Assembly: GCA_951406725.2 (NCBI GenBank)
Contig: OX597819.1
Location: forward strand, 51,336,001 to 51,400,000
Length of the DNA stretch: 64,000 bases
Reading direction: 5' to 3'
Source of the DNA: Octopus vulgaris
Lineage: Eukaryota
Every line of letters starts with the position of its first letter. Position 1 is the stretch's first letter. This document shows positions 40,605 to 54,840 of the stretch, one piece after another. A program made the translations under genes and the position numbers. The notes under the pieces are model-generated. The model was not told the DNA's origin. It searched no databases and saw nothing but the letters and a program-made list of their open reading frames with translations.

Positions 40605-40734
40605 CGTTCATGTATTATTTACTATAGTAATTTTTAGTACGATATTAATAATATATTAAAATTTATATTTTATTACAGATATCTTTCACTATTAATTGAA
40701 TTTGCAGAGCAATTTCCAGTTTATTTCCCATCTT

Positions 40735-41115
40735 TTACATGGGACGTAAACACACCAACACCGGTTGTCAAGTGGTTGTAGGAGACTCACAAAGACATAC
40801 ACACATATCTATATACATAAATATATACATATATATACATATATATACACACATACATCTATAAATATACATAAATATATATACATATATACATACATAT
40901 ATATATATATACATATATGCATACATATATATACATACATACACGCATACATACATATGTACATACATACACACACATGTATATATATATATGTGACGGG
41001 CTTCTTTCAGTATCCGTCTACCCAATCCACTTACAAGGCTATGGTCGGCACGAGGCTATAACAGAAAGCACTTACCCAACTGTCACGGAGTGGGGTTGAA
41101 CCCGGAACCGTGGCA
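40735..41115 (-). mobile_element. SINE family A fragment; a plus-strand 5' fragment lies at about 40404-40565
   Basis: GACGGGCTTCTTTCAG..CCGTCTACC..ATCCAC motifs. Confidence 0.7.
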
Positions 41116-41934
41116 AGCATTATAGAATAAGAATTCGGGCACTGTGAGGTTAACTTATCGAGCCTGGATTATTTCCTTGTTGAAGAGGATCTACTTCCGT
41201 TACACCAAAAAAAGAATGGCACGCATTCTCATTCTCCTTTACATATATATATATATAACCATTGCTTTTTGGAGCTAACAAGTAAAGCCACAACGTTGCC
41301 GCTCGACGTACTTGAATTAGAAGCTAAACCACTGACAAATTTTAACCCCACCGTCTTAAAAATAGATGAATTGGGTTGACAAAGCAACACTATCTTTTGT
41401 TCAAATAAGAGATCAATATTTTATTTATCGATTTTATGCTGGAAATTTGATCTCAGTGAAACGCTTTCGTTCATTAGCATCCCTGTGACTGGATTCTCGT
41501 ACAGAAATACTTTGTTTAATATGCTAATGCTCTAAGAGAAATGTTAACGCCTCAACTCCTCATCACCTCAATTCCCGCCCATATTTCTATCGCTTCATTA
41601 TGCTTAATTAAGAAACTATTATACTTTGAAATCGATTCCATGCAATGAATTTCATTCTAAAATTATTACCACCCGTCCAAACAATCTGTCTTTAGTGAAA
41701 TTTACATTTAGATTGCTGGTAATTAAAGGGAAAGAAAAATTTGTAGCTGTATTAATATGCATATTAATGGTAAAACATCACTTTACGGGCAGATCCAATA
41801 GAGAATATCGGTTTGGTATTTCTTGAAATCTGCATATTCACGCTAACGTGGCCACGAATAGGAAAGATGGTGGTTGTGGCGATGGTGCATACGACGTTGT
41901 CAGGATTTTAGTAGTGTAGGAAAGAGTTGTGTGT

Positions 41935-41981
<47 letters not shown>

Positions 41982-42305
41982 GGTTGTGGTGGTGGTGGTG
42001 GTCAAGGAGATTGTCGTTATAGTGGTAGTAGCGCTAATATCACATAAGAGATGCAGAAAAAAATACTAACAGATATATATATATATATATATAGGTTCAG
42101 TAAAATTTGGATTCAGTTGAATATGGTACTTAAGTTAAAGGCACTAGAATTTAATATGGTATTATCCATATAATTCAAAATGAGGTGTTTACAATCAAAA
42201 TGAGCAACAAGGACATCCAGAGGTAATGTAGTACGATCGTTTCATGTGACTCCATTTAATTGAACAATGTAAATATTACATTGTTGCTTATTTTGATTAT
42301 ATATA

Positions 42306-42342
<37 letters not shown>

Positions 42343-42580
42343 CAGACAAACAGACAGAGTAAATAAAGTTGATTGAGAGAGACCTGACCTTTATCGCAAT
42401 GACATGTCAACTTTGAAGAATCCTTGAGTCTTCAAGTTATCTCCCCTTCTCATGTAGAACTGGTCTTAATTGCTATTCATAATATTGTGATATGTCTTCT
42501 TGAGGTGGAGAGAATATTTTGCTAAATGAAGAATTTGCGTTTATGATACTTGATATAACTGTAGTTGACTCTAATGTAGG

Positions 42581-42660
<80 letters not shown>

Positions 42661-42873
42661 GCCCGAAACGGTCGTGACTTATGGTACTTGACTGAGGAAA
42701 GAAGGTCTTTTTTGCCTGTCCTTCTCATTGGTGTTTCTCTTGTCCGACTTTGTATCGTTTATCTGTCCGAATGTTATCGTCCTCTATTGCGTTTTTGTTC
42801 CATTTAACACTATACTTGTTCCACGTCCTCGCGTTGTTGTGTTGTCACTTTGTGTTTTCATGTTTGGATTAAC

Positions 42874-42917
<44 letters not shown>

Positions 42918-43106
42918 GGGAGAGTTTACGAAAAGTACAAAAGACGGAGCGAGGTGGTGTACAAAACAAGCAGATGTATTAGTATAACGCTCAGGAATAG
43001 GAAAAGTCTTTTACGTTTCGAGCTTATGCTCTTCTACAGAAAGGGACACAGAAAAAAAACAAGGAGAGAAAAAAATGTGTGTAGTGGCTAACGATCTATC
43101 ATGGCG
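42918..43106 (-). mobile_element. Repeat family G with hammerhead-like motif (43008-43043)
   Basis: Minus strand begins CGCCATGATAGATCGTTAGC and ends in (TA)n. Confidence 0.75.
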
Positions 43107-43493
43107 ATATATATACATATCCATTGTCCTGGAAACTCACCTCCCCACCGCAAATAAAAAACAAAGAAAAACAATGTTCTCCTCTTCTAAACAAAACAAA
43201 AAAGCACCAGATTTATGTAAACGAACAAACTGCTTACACATTCACAACTTTATTTACAAGTTCGAAGACGACCGAAACCGCTAATAATAATGACTAAATA
43301 AAAAAATTCTTTTTCCAAAATTCTGGCGACCTCTTCTTTTCTCACTATTCAATATCTGTACAACACTTCTAACACTCTATACACACACACACACATATAC
43401 ACGCACACGTATATATATATATATACATATATATATACATACATATATATATATACACGCACAAACATGCCCTCGCATATGTAAATTTTCAAT

Positions 43494-43550
<57 letters not shown>

Positions 43551-43678
43551 ATTTAGGGTACTACTATTCGTAGATACCACACGCTAAAGAGGGACCAATG
43601 CGGTCAAAACTACTAAAATAAACAAAATTTTACCGAATGCAAAAAACTTCAAAGCAAATCATTTAAAAAAAGAATTTA

Positions 43679-43742
43679 GTTACATATCACCTGTGATTTC
43701 GCAATTAATGCAGAATATGCATTCTATGTTCATCAGTGCAAC
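43679..43742 (-). ncRNA. Type-I hammerhead ribozyme motif
   Basis: GTTGCA-CTGATGA-[stem II with AATGCA/TGCATT]-GAAA-TCAC-AG-GTGA-TA-TGTAAC; 6-bp stem I, closed stem III, AUA cleavage triplet; base of stem II imperfect. Confidence 0.65.
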
Positions 43743-44048
43743 AAACTCCAGATATATAAGAAAAAACATAACGTTACAAGCTCGATAGCCAACCGTAGAA
43801 TTCGTCGTAGCATGTACGAATGTTTATCTTTACATTTCTATGAAAATGGCCGGCTTATTCGCAATGCATTTCGGTAACAAATTGCTTACTCGGAATTAAA
43901 ATTCAGTATTGAACTATTCTGAATTGCTCTCCTTAATGTGAATAAAATATTTTCAAAGTGGAAAAATTTACGGATTTTTTTTCTACGAGGTTTTTCACGC
44001 TAACTACTGATAATTTCTTTAAAAATTTTATCCTCAATTGTTAATATA

Positions 44049-44100
<52 letters not shown>

Positions 44101-44118
<18 letters not shown>

Positions 44119-44619
44119 TGTAGTTGTGTGAGTGTTTGTCCCCTTCGATTTAGATTCCTAACTACTCCCACATTTTGCGGTGCAGTCTAACCAAATTCGG
44201 GTATCTTATAGTCGTGATTCATATCGAGCCCGTCTGTGTATTAGCGCGCGTCTACGATGAGTCTACGATTTTAAAAATAATTTAACATCATTTTTTATTC
44301 CATTTTAATGCATAATTTTTCGTGTGTCGATGGCGGCGGAGTTGGCGTCCATGGTCACACCTGCACCTGTTTGCTTCTCCCCTTCTTCCCTCCCTCGTGA
44401 AGCTGTGGGGAAGGGAGTGGAAGGCAATCAACGTCGTAAAGCGTTGTCAAGGAGACCAGCGTTCTTTTAGAACAACGACTTCATGGCTTGAAGACACCAA
44501 AACAGAAATGGCCAAGAAAGCCCGAATTGGCATCTATAAGGGAAGTAGCTCTCTAAAAATAAAAATGCTTATATAGTTATTTCCCTTACAAACCCGAGCA
44601 ACGCCGGGCGATACTGCTA

Positions 44620-44620
<1 letters not shown>
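44101..44620 (+). mobile_element. Non-autonomous Helitron
   Basis: 3' subterminal hairpin CCCGAGC-AAC-GCCGGG, then CTAG (44617-44620) followed by T; the 5' TATATAAAACTG end is buried in (TA)n, so the start is approximate. Confidence 0.75.
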
Positions 44621-44696
<76 letters not shown>

Positions 44697-45044
44697 TGTA
44701 TATTGAAAATTTACATATGTGAGGGCATGTTTGTGCGTGTATATATGTGTGTGCGTGTGTGTGTGTACTTTTCCATTTTTTTCTAAATCCTGCAGAATTT
44801 CTTTTTCATTCGATTTTCCCCTATCTACATTATTCAATTTCAAATCATGCAGCGTTCATTCACGAATGAATATATGAAACTAGTAGTAACCGCAATTCAA
44901 TCAGCTATAAATATTATACATTGCCTAACCATCCATCACATACACAAATTTATACAGGAAGATGGAAGAAGAGGCTTTTAATTACAAATTACAACATTTG
45001 TTTCTGTGCTGTTGCACGAGATTTAAGTTACTGCGTTTTCATTA

Positions 45045-45310
45045 TTCTACTATAGCCTCGGACCGGCCAAAGCTTTGTGAGTGGATTTGGTAGACGGAAA
45101 CTGAAAGAAGATCGTCGTATGTGTGTGTTTTTGTTTTTTTCCACCCCAGCATCACTTGCTATCACTTGTTGGTATGTTTACGTCCTCGTAACGTAGCGGT
45201 TCCTCAAAAGAGACCGATAGAATAAGTACTAGGCTTACAAACATTAAGTCCTGATGTCGATTCGTTCGACTAAAGGTGGTGCTCGAGCAGGGCCACAATC
45301 AAATGATTCA
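45045..45310 (+). mobile_element. SINE family A, 5'-truncated
   Basis: Family A body and tail motifs. Confidence 0.8.
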
Positions 45311-45624
45311 GTAAAAGCCATGTACCGGTGCTTCATCGTACATGTCTATATGTACCTGAGCTACAGATATGTTTGTTTTCTAAAGCCGTAGTCTACAAGA
45401 TGCATCGAAGTGGTTTCGATTCATCGTTGTGTAATTTCATTATGCTCATACTTTTCAATCTCATTGTTATGATTGGTAAGACTGGCAGAACCGTTAGCAC
45501 ACCGAACAGTTTCGTACTGGAATCAATGTAATCGACTTACTCCAGCAAAAATAAGAGATAAAAATTGTAGGTCTGGTACCTACAGGAGAAAGGGCTGTGC
45601 CTATATTACAGAAGTACAATCTTT

Positions 45625-46160
45625 AGTAGAGAAATAGGTATTTCGAGTGCCATTACGTTCTGAGTTCATATTCCGCCGACGTCGACTTTGCCTTTCATCC
45701 TTTCGGGGTCGATTAAAGAAGTACCAGTTACGCACTGGGATCGATATAATCGACTTAATCCGTTTGTCTGTCCTTGTTTGTTCTCTCTGTGTTTAGTCCC
45801 TGGTGGTTAGTAAAGAAATAGGTATTTTGTCTACCGTTACGTTCTGATTTAAAATTCCGCCGAGGTCGACTTTGCCTTTCATTCTTTCGGAGTTGATAAA
45901 TTAAGTACCAGTTACGCATTGGGTCGATATAATCGACTTAATCCGTCTGTCTGTTCTTGTTTGTCTCCTCTGTGTTTAGTGATTAGTAAAGAAATGGGTA
46001 TTTCGTCTGTCTTTACGTTCTAAGTTCAAATTCCGCCGAGGTCGACTTTGCCTTTCATCCTTTCGGGGTCAATAAATTAAGTACCAGTTCGTACTGGGGT
46101 CGATCTAATCGACTGGCCCCTCCCCCAAAATTTCGAGCCTTGTGCCTAGTGTAGAAAAGA
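45625..46160 (+). mobile_element. Tandem trimer of headless SINE family B units
   Basis: Unit GGTATTT..TTACGTTCTG..TTCCGCCGA.GTCGAC restarts at about 45637, 45821 and 45997. Confidence 0.85.
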
Positions 46161-47014
46161 AGACACTTACCCAAAGTGCCATGCAGTGTGACTGGAGCCA
46201 GAACCATTTAACAGGGAAGCAAGGTTCTTATTAACACGAAAAATATTTTTATCGCAGTGTTTAGGGTTGTTGTTTTTTTTAGCTCTATTCATTCAACGGT
46301 TGTGAAATTTGAATAGATGTTACCTCTTTTCAGTCATATGATAGATAATAATGAACCAAGTAGAAATAAAGCGAACGAATTTAAAGCGTTCGAGAATCGA
46401 AATCCGAACACATTGCCAAGCTAAATGGACTGAAAAAGCTAACAACTCCTACACTGTAATCGTACATCTTTTTCTCCATTGATAGCCTGTCAATTCTTCT
46501 CATGTAAGCACCACCCGCCTCGTTTCTTCCAAGTCCGGCATGCGAAATTGCTATACTCTTGACTGTCAATATCTACTTTCTTTCTTCAAACAGAATATCA
46601 GACAGAAATCACGAGAACTGGCTGCTCAACACTTCTGAGGAAATGACAGCGTCTATCTTCTTAGAGAATAAAATAGAATAAAACTAAAAATAAAACTAAA
46701 CTAATCTTCAAAGAGACCAAAGCTGGTTGGGTTCTTATCGAAGCTGTTCTTTGCGATCGACCACAAGCGGTAATAAGCAGAAATGCTTAACGGTCTTCAA
46801 GTAGGATCTTATTTCCCTTTTTATACGAAACGTACGAAGTTGTTAGGGATACGCCACCCCCATGTCATCGATTTATTTCCTGGCTTTAGAACGCTTTTTT
46901 GTTACACCACACACACACTCACACACACGCACACACACACACTTATGTATGTATTTACATGTGTATATGTGTGGGTCTGTGTGTCTGTTTATATGTATAT
47001 GTATATATATATAA

Positions 47015-47054
<40 letters not shown>

Positions 47055-47559
47055 TTATTCATATATATATATGTATTTATGCATGTATATACATATACAG
47101 ATATATATATATAGTATAAATATATTTATTATATATATGTATAGAGAGAGAGAGAAAAAAACAGGCAGAGAGAGAGAGGGACATACATACATACTTATGT
47201 ATGTATATAGGAATATTTCTAACAGTACCTTGTTTAATTTGGTCTCTGTATAAAACATTTTCCTCCATGTCATGCATCTCTTACATTCGCAAACCATTAA
47301 CATTTATTTGTTTATTTATTTCAACTCAACCAATAATATATTTATAATGGCGCCAAGAGACGTTCTGCAAGAGGTAGTAGGGTCGAGTCGAGTGGAGGAC
47401 GCATCCTGATTTCGAATAATAACTGGTTAGCATTCGTTCACTTCCAATGCATTTGTGTCATCGTGCCGCAAGGAATAATGTGGCGTCATAATTTCTTGTG
47501 TGCCTCCTCATTCAAAATGTATGACCTTTATACCTAGTCGAAAAACAATTCATATAGGA

Positions 47560-47915
47560 TGCAAATTTTGGCACAAGGCCAGCAAGTTCCGTGGATGGGA
47601 TAAGTCGATTACATCGACCCCAGTGATCACCTGGTACTTTATCGACTTCGAAAGGATGTGAAGCAAAGATGACCACGGCGTAATTTGAACTCAGAACGGT
47701 AAGTATTTTGCCTGGCGTGCTAACTGCCAGCAAGGATTAACTCATATTAATAACTTAAAGGAAGTGGCACTATATCGGTTATGTCGAGATGGTAGAATCG
47801 TTAGCACGCCGGGCGAAGTGCTTAGCGGTATTTCGTCTGCCGCTACGTTCTGAGTTCAAATTCCACCGAGTTCGACTTTGCCTTTCATCCTTTCAGGGTC
47901 GATTAAATATGTACC
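47560..47915. mobile_element. Two SINE family B fragments, head to head
   Basis: Minus copy at about 47560-47735, plus copy at about 47785-47915. Confidence 0.7.
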
Positions 47916-48237
47916 GGGATCACTCCAACAGCCCAATCGTTCCACATCCACTTCAGGGTGGCAAATCGGCAGACTTTCTGTTTAACCTCAGTGGTACACA
48001 GTTTATAGACCAAATTCTCTGCTATTCAAAAAGATGCTGCAACACGCTAGATCTTCACATAAACAATTTTTATACCATGAAGGTTATTCCTACAATCTTG
48101 CCTAAACTTAATATTGTCAAATTAACATGCTTAGGCCCAAGAGAAAAAAAGTTAGTTCAGCACCTTGTCTAAGCAGAATTTCCATAAAGCTCACTTGAAA
48201 AAAGTCCATAAGATATAGACGCTAGAGTGGCAATATA

Positions 48238-48835
48238 GGCAGAAGTGTGGCTGTGTAGTAAGAAGATTGTTTCTCAACCACATGGTTCCGGATTCATTCC
48301 CACTTAGTGGCACTTTGGACAAATGCTTTCTGCTATAGCCTCAGGCCGACCAAAGTCTTGAAAGTGTATTTCGTAAGCCTGTGGTGCGTGCGTGTATGTG
48401 TGTGTGTGTGTATGTGTGTGTGTGTTTGTCCCAAGTCACCGTTTGACAAACGATGTTGGTTTGCTTGCGTCCCAGTAACTTAACCTTTGGCAGAAGGTAC
48501 CGATAGAATAGGCACCAGACTTTAAAAAAATAATACCTGGCATCGATTCATTGGACCAAATAATTTTTCAAGACGGTGCCCCAGCATGGCCACAGTCGAA
48601 TGTCTGAAACAAGTAAAAGATAAAAGATGAGAAAAATTGGGTTTTTCGCAGCACGAAAGACAATTATATAAAGCATAAAGAATTCATATCCATAATGTAG
48701 CTTGCTTACGAACCACATGGTTCCGGATTCAGTCTCACTGCGTGGCACCTTGGGCAAGTGTCTTCAACTATAGCCTCGGGCCGACCTAAGCCTTATGAGT
48801 GGATTTGGTAAACGGAAACTGAAAGAAGCCCGTCG

Positions 48836-48913
<78 letters not shown>

Positions 48914-49128
48914 TGTGTCTTTGTTTGTCCCCCCAACATCGCTTGACAACCGATGCTGGTTTTTTTACGTCCACGTAACAGCGGTTCGGTAAAAGAGACC
49001 AATAGAATAACCACTAGGCTTACAAAGAATAAGTCCTGGGGTCGATGTGCTCGACTAAAGGCGGTGCTCCAGCATGGCCACAGTCACATGACTGAAACAA
49101 GTAAAAGAGTAAAATAGTGAGTAAAGAG
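48238..49128 (+). mobile_element. Two consecutive SINE family A copies (48238-48628 older; 48698-49128 young)
   Basis: Complete family A bodies ending GAAACAAGTAAAAGA. Confidence 0.85.
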
Positions 49129-49656
49129 TATATGCATTATGCTTGTCCCAGAGACGATGTTCAATTGCGTTCAAAGGATCATATCCATGGAGGACAGAAA
49201 ATTATTTTGTGATTAAGAAAAGAGATATTGAAATGGTTTAAATAAGTATCTCAACAGTAAGACATTGAAAATAAAATATTCTCATGAGGAAGAAAGCGCA
49301 AGAAAGGCAACTTGTGCTGGAGAAAACATAAACAATCAAGTCAAAAACTCTGGACATCATTTTGTTCAGATGTGGCGGGGATCCCACGCTGTCGCATTCA
49401 CTTAGGCCAGGTACCAGTTGGAAGGTATCTATGTTCCTGTCCCTTTCCTATCAGTCTTGGAGGCCCTGTAAAGGATTACGGGGATTAGCTTCCCTCTTGA
49501 TTAAATGATAAAATGATCAGTTAACCAATTTCTTTCATTCTTTTTAAAAAATCGGACGTTTCGGACAGGAATGGATCATCACACAATTTTTACTGATGAG
49601 AATTCTGCTACTGTTCTATATCCGATTGTCTGTTTTTCATTGCTTCTGTCGTTTCG

Positions 49657-50007
49657 GTAGTAGCAGTAGTAGTAGTAGTAGTAGTAGTGATAAAGATAGT
49701 GGTAATAGTAGCAGTGGTGGTGGTGTTGGTGGTAGTGGTAGTAGTAGTAGTAGTAGGGGTGATAGAGATGGTGGTAGTAGTAACAGTAGTTGTGGTGGTG
49801 GTAGTAGTAGTAGTAGTAGTGGTGGTGGTGATAGAGATGGTGGTAGTAGTAACAGTAGTTGTAGTGGTGGTAGTAGTAGTAGTAGTAGTGGGGATAGAGA
49901 TGGTAGTAGTAGTAACAGTAGTTGTGGTGGTGGTAGTAGTAGTAGTAGTAGTGGTGATAGAGATGGTGGTAGTAGTCACAGTAGTTGTGGTGGTGGTGGT
50001 GGTGGTG

Positions 50008-50043
<36 letters not shown>

Positions 50044-50045
50044 GT
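49657..50045. repeat. (GTA/GGT)n array with a ~60-70-bp higher-order unit
   Basis: GATAGAGATGGTGGTAGTAGTAACAGTAGTTGT recurs 4-5 times. Confidence 0.9.
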
Positions 50046-50477
50046 ATGTTATTAATGTTGTTGATACTCGTATTATTGAGGTTGTGATTGCTGCTATCAC
50101 TGCAAAATGTTGTTTTCTGTTGTTGTCGTTGAAGATGTTTCAATTGTTTATCGTTACTGTGTTTCAATTTCTTTGACTGGTGTTTAAAAAATATTACTGT
50201 TATTGTTATTGTTGTAATTGGCGGCGGTTTCGGCGATGGTGATGATGATGATGATGGTGATGGTGGTGGTCGCGGTGATAGTCATGACGATGGTTCCTGC
50301 TGCTGCTGTTGTTGTTTGTTGCATGATTCTTTATTTTCTTCTCGTGCTTTTTTCTCTTTTGCTTGTAGCCAGTATATGTTTTGAGAAGAACAAAAAAAAC
50401 AAAGATGAGGGGCATGAAAAAACGCAAACAACAAAACAACAAGAAACAAAGATGGCGACGTCGTTATTTAGCTCCGT

Positions 50478-50479
50478 AA

Positions 50480-50546
<67 letters not shown>

Positions 50547-50591
50547 TCTACTACTACTATTATTATTATCATTATTATTATTATTATTATC

Positions 50592-50672
<81 letters not shown>

Positions 50673-50720
50673 TCTACTACTAGTAGTAGTAATATTGTTG
50701 ATGTTGCTGTTGTTGTTGTT
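50478..50720. repeat. (ATT)n microsatellite
   Basis: Directly visible. Confidence 0.95.
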
Positions 50721-50923
50721 ATTTTATCGCCAGCCTCACACCCACTAATTCCATTGCTCTCCTTAATGTGAATCAAGAAAAGATGACTGCAGGCTGTGTT
50801 TGATTAAATCGATGTCTAGTTGTAAATTACACAACAATGTAATCAGAACCTGACAATCAGAGTCAATAAAACAACCGAGTTATAGTCCCCCCTCTCTCTC
50901 TCCCTCTTTATTTCTTGCTCTCG

Positions 50924-50954
<31 letters not shown>

Positions 50955-51141
50955 TCGCTCTCTCTGTTTCGTTTTTGCTCTCTATCTCACTCACATCCTC
51001 TCACTCTCTCGTTCATTCTCTCTCTCCCTCGGATCTTCCTTTTCCATCGTTCTTACATTCTCACAATTTATCTTTGTTTTCGATATCTTATATACATACA
51101 TGCTTATGTGTGCATGTGCGCGTGTATACATATACATATAT

Positions 51142-51177
<36 letters not shown>

Positions 51178-51442
51178 GCATACATATGCATATATATGAA
51201 TATATATAAATATACATATGTATATATATATATATAGATGTGTATGCATATATGTGTCTTTATATATGCATACATACACATGTGTGTATACATATTATTA
51301 TACATGTATGCTTACATATATATATATCTTTAAATATATTGTGGATCCGTTTATATATATTTATGTGTGTGTGAGAGAGTATTTGTCTGCGGCCGTGTGT
51401 GTTTGTATTTGTGTGTGTACGTGTGCACACATATACATACAT

Positions 51443-51503
<61 letters not shown>

Positions 51504-51625
51504 TGCAAACACAAACAAGTTTATACATCTTTTATAGTACAAACACACATATATATATTTGTATGCATGCGCGTGTATATATATATATGTATGTAATTAT
51601 GTATATGTGTATGTATGTATGTATG

Positions 51626-51746
<121 letters not shown>

Positions 51747-52542
51747 TGTATCTTTAATAAACATATTTGAAAACACTATTATACTACGCTCTGTATATTT
51801 TTTCCGAATTATATTATCTATTTTCTAAATAAATTTTTATATATTTTTTAAAAATTCATACACTTCTTTCTTTCTTTCTTTTTTTTTCTTCTTTATAATT
51901 TCAGATTTTTTTTAATAGATTTTCGTTACTTCTTTCTTCAGTTATTCCTTTATTTATTTATGTATTTATTTATTTATTTATTCATTGCCTGTTCATTTGT
52001 ATTGAATATTTTCTATCTGTACCAAAATATTTAACACATCATTACAATTGCAAAATTAATTGAGCAAACGTTTTATCAATGTTTGGTAACCAGCCATTCT
52101 ATTAGCATTAAATTATACTTTTGTTAATAGTGTATTTTTTTTTTACTCTTTTTTGTTATGGAAATTTTTTCTGTTCTTTTTTTTTTTTTTTATTTCATTG
52201 CATTTTTTAATTTTTCATTTCTCGATCTGTGTTTTGCTTTTTTTTTTAGTTATATTTATCTTGTTTTGATTATTTTGATTTCTCTTTTCTATAATTTCTA
52301 TATTGCTTTTTTTTTAATTTTTCATTTGTTGTCTTCGAATTCTGTTGAGAAAATAATCATTATCTTATGTATATATATATATATGTGTGTGCGTATGTGT
52401 GTATGTGTGTGTGTGTGTGTGTGTGTGTATTCATACGTACACCAGCACATACATACATATATATAAATATCTACGCATACATCTATATGTAAATATATAT
52501 ATACTTACGTATGCATGCATGGAAATATGTATGTATGTGTGC

Positions 52543-52603
<61 letters not shown>

Positions 52604-52655
52604 ACTTATGCAAAATAAATAGCTTCAGATCAAAATCTTCATCTGTATAACATAC

Positions 52656-52877
52656 TTAGCGTATGTATATTGTTGAAATCCTGGGGCTGAAGTGGTCGTA
52701 TCCAGAAGATCCTTTATAGATACACTGTGTTGAAAAGCCAAATATACTTCAAAGCTAGGAGACACGGAATCATCCCGAGAGCCACTGCGAGAATGACACA
52801 TGCACATTTCCCCGTTTTCGGAGCTTGTCATTGCCACGTACTCGAGTTACTTTCGTTGTGAAGTCGCCTCCGTCACT
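52656..52877 (-). other. Candidate spliced exon (ATG at 52831, 58 codons, phase-2 donor); product unknown
   Basis: Branch-like CACTGAT plus TTCTATATACTTCAG acceptor; AA|GTATGT donor; unique higher-GC sequence reading MTSSENGEMCMCHSRSGSRDDSVSPSFEVYLAFQHSVSIKDLLDTTTSAPGFQQYTYA. Confidence 0.3.
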
Positions 52878-52929
52878 CTGAAGTATATAGAATCAGTGAA
52901 TAAACAATTCACTAGTTTTGATACATATA

Positions 52930-53130
52930 TAACGGGAAGGTTTACGAAAATAAACAAAAGACGAAGGCAGGTGGAGTACAAACAAACAAATATATTAGTA
53001 TAGCGCTCAGGAATTGAAATAGAAAAAGTCCTTTACGTTTCGAGCCTACGCTCTTCGACAGAAAGATACACAGAAAAAAAAAACAAGGAGAGAAAAAAAT
53101 GCGTGTAGGAGCTAACGATCTATCATGGCG
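52930..53130 (-). mobile_element. Repeat family G with hammerhead-like motif (53030-53065)
   Basis: Matches 42918-43106 end to end. Confidence 0.75.
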
Positions 53131-54423
53131 TCATACATATACACACATGTAGAAACCCATGTTTAAATATCCATATGCATATCACTTGTCATTTCACAGT
53201 GCTCCTGCTGTTTACTTCATTGATATATTTTATGCCATATATGAGCTAATTAAGAAGTCTTTGTCTAATCAGTCGGCATGCAAGAAATAGCAACCTGAAA
53301 TCACATTTATTGTCGTATATAATGTAGTCTTGGCAGGAGCGGCATCCATCATATGTCTGTTCGATGAGGCTTGAATTTTGTTAAACAATAATTTATTGCT
53401 CATGTTATTACTATTTATAACTGATTGTCAAGATAGAATTCCTCACCCTTCTGCAGGTTCTCCTTACAGTATCGACACTAGCATCATTACACATTTTTCC
53501 CTTGTTTTCATATTTATTCCGTTTGTTAGGTATACAGGTTCTACTGATGTAACTGATTCTGGCTAAGATAATCCCGGTGAGGATAGGTGATTAGCATATG
53601 TATATATACATATACAAACATGCATACACACAAATGGTTGAGTAATTATAAGATTGGTCGTGAGAAAGCGGCAAAATTGTACACTTATAAGTGCATTCTT
53701 TAGAAAAACAGATGTTTCTGGATTCTAATTGGTTTTAACACTTGGGAACGAACAGTTCGCCCTCTGTACTCATAGATACTGAAGGATAAAAGAAGACTAC
53801 ATAGTCTCGGCAAAAGAATTGCCCAATAATCCTATTTTCCCTGTGTGCATTTGCCGTCAGAGTACAGTTGAGAATCTGAAACAAACTGACTATAAAACAC
53901 TTAGAAAAATGTCGTGTTCAAAATATCCATATACACACCACGAAACAAACAACGTGTTCAAATAATTCAGAAAATATTCATAACTTTACAGGAAACTTAA
54001 AAATACTACTAACAGAAACAACAAAGTAGAAAATAGCAGTTACCTCTATTATATCTCTGCTCAGTATTATATGGCCGCAGGGAATGCATTCAAAATTAAA
54101 TGCCTCATGCGAAAAAATAAACTTTGTACACAACTCATAAGGCATCTAAAAACTCTGCAATATGACTAATGGCATTAAAATCACTTTTATGGAACTAAAA
54201 GATTTCGACTGACGGTGTTCCTTTTACAATAATTCGAGAAATATTCTTACTATAAGAACAAAGAACGATTATTATTGCAAATCAGGATAGACATTTTCAT
54301 AACCAAGAGTATTTTATAAGAGACATGAAATATTGCATTAAGTCTATGGATAATACAAACGTATTCCGGAAAGTAATATATAAGAGATCGAAGCTTTCGA
54401 AAGAACTACCAACACGTAGTAAA

Positions 54424-54840
54424 GGCGGCGAGCTGGCAGAAACGTTAGCACGCCGGGCGAAATGCTTAGCGGTATTTCGTCTGCCACTACGTTCTGAGTT
54501 CAAATTCCGCTGAGTTCGACTTTGCCTTTCATCCTTTCGGGGTCGATTAAATAAGTACCAGTTACGCATTGGGGTCGATGTAATCGACTTAATCTGTTTG
54601 TCTGTCATTGTTTGCCCTCTCTGTGTTTAGCCCCTTGTGTGTAGTAAATAGATAGGCATTTCGTCTTATGTTACGTTCTGAGTTCAAAATCTGCCGAGGT
54701 CGACTTTGCCTTTCATCCTTTGGGGGTCGATAAATTATGTACCAGTTCCGCATTGGGGTCGATGTAATCGACTTAATCTCTTTGTCTGTCCTTGTTTGTC
54801 CCCTCTATGTTTAGCCCCTTGTGGACATTAAAGAAATAAG
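54424..54840 (+). mobile_element. SINE family B dimer with 13-bp TSD
   Basis: TSD AACACGTAGTAAA at 54411-54423 and 54841-54853. Confidence 0.9.

Noticed and set aside
46381-46569. 62-aa ORF in unique sequence
   Set aside because: No recognisable homology, and no frame-consistent splice sites found
49579-50100. Gly/Ser-, Thr- and Tyr/His-rich ORFs
   Set aside because: Trinucleotide repeat open in several frames at once
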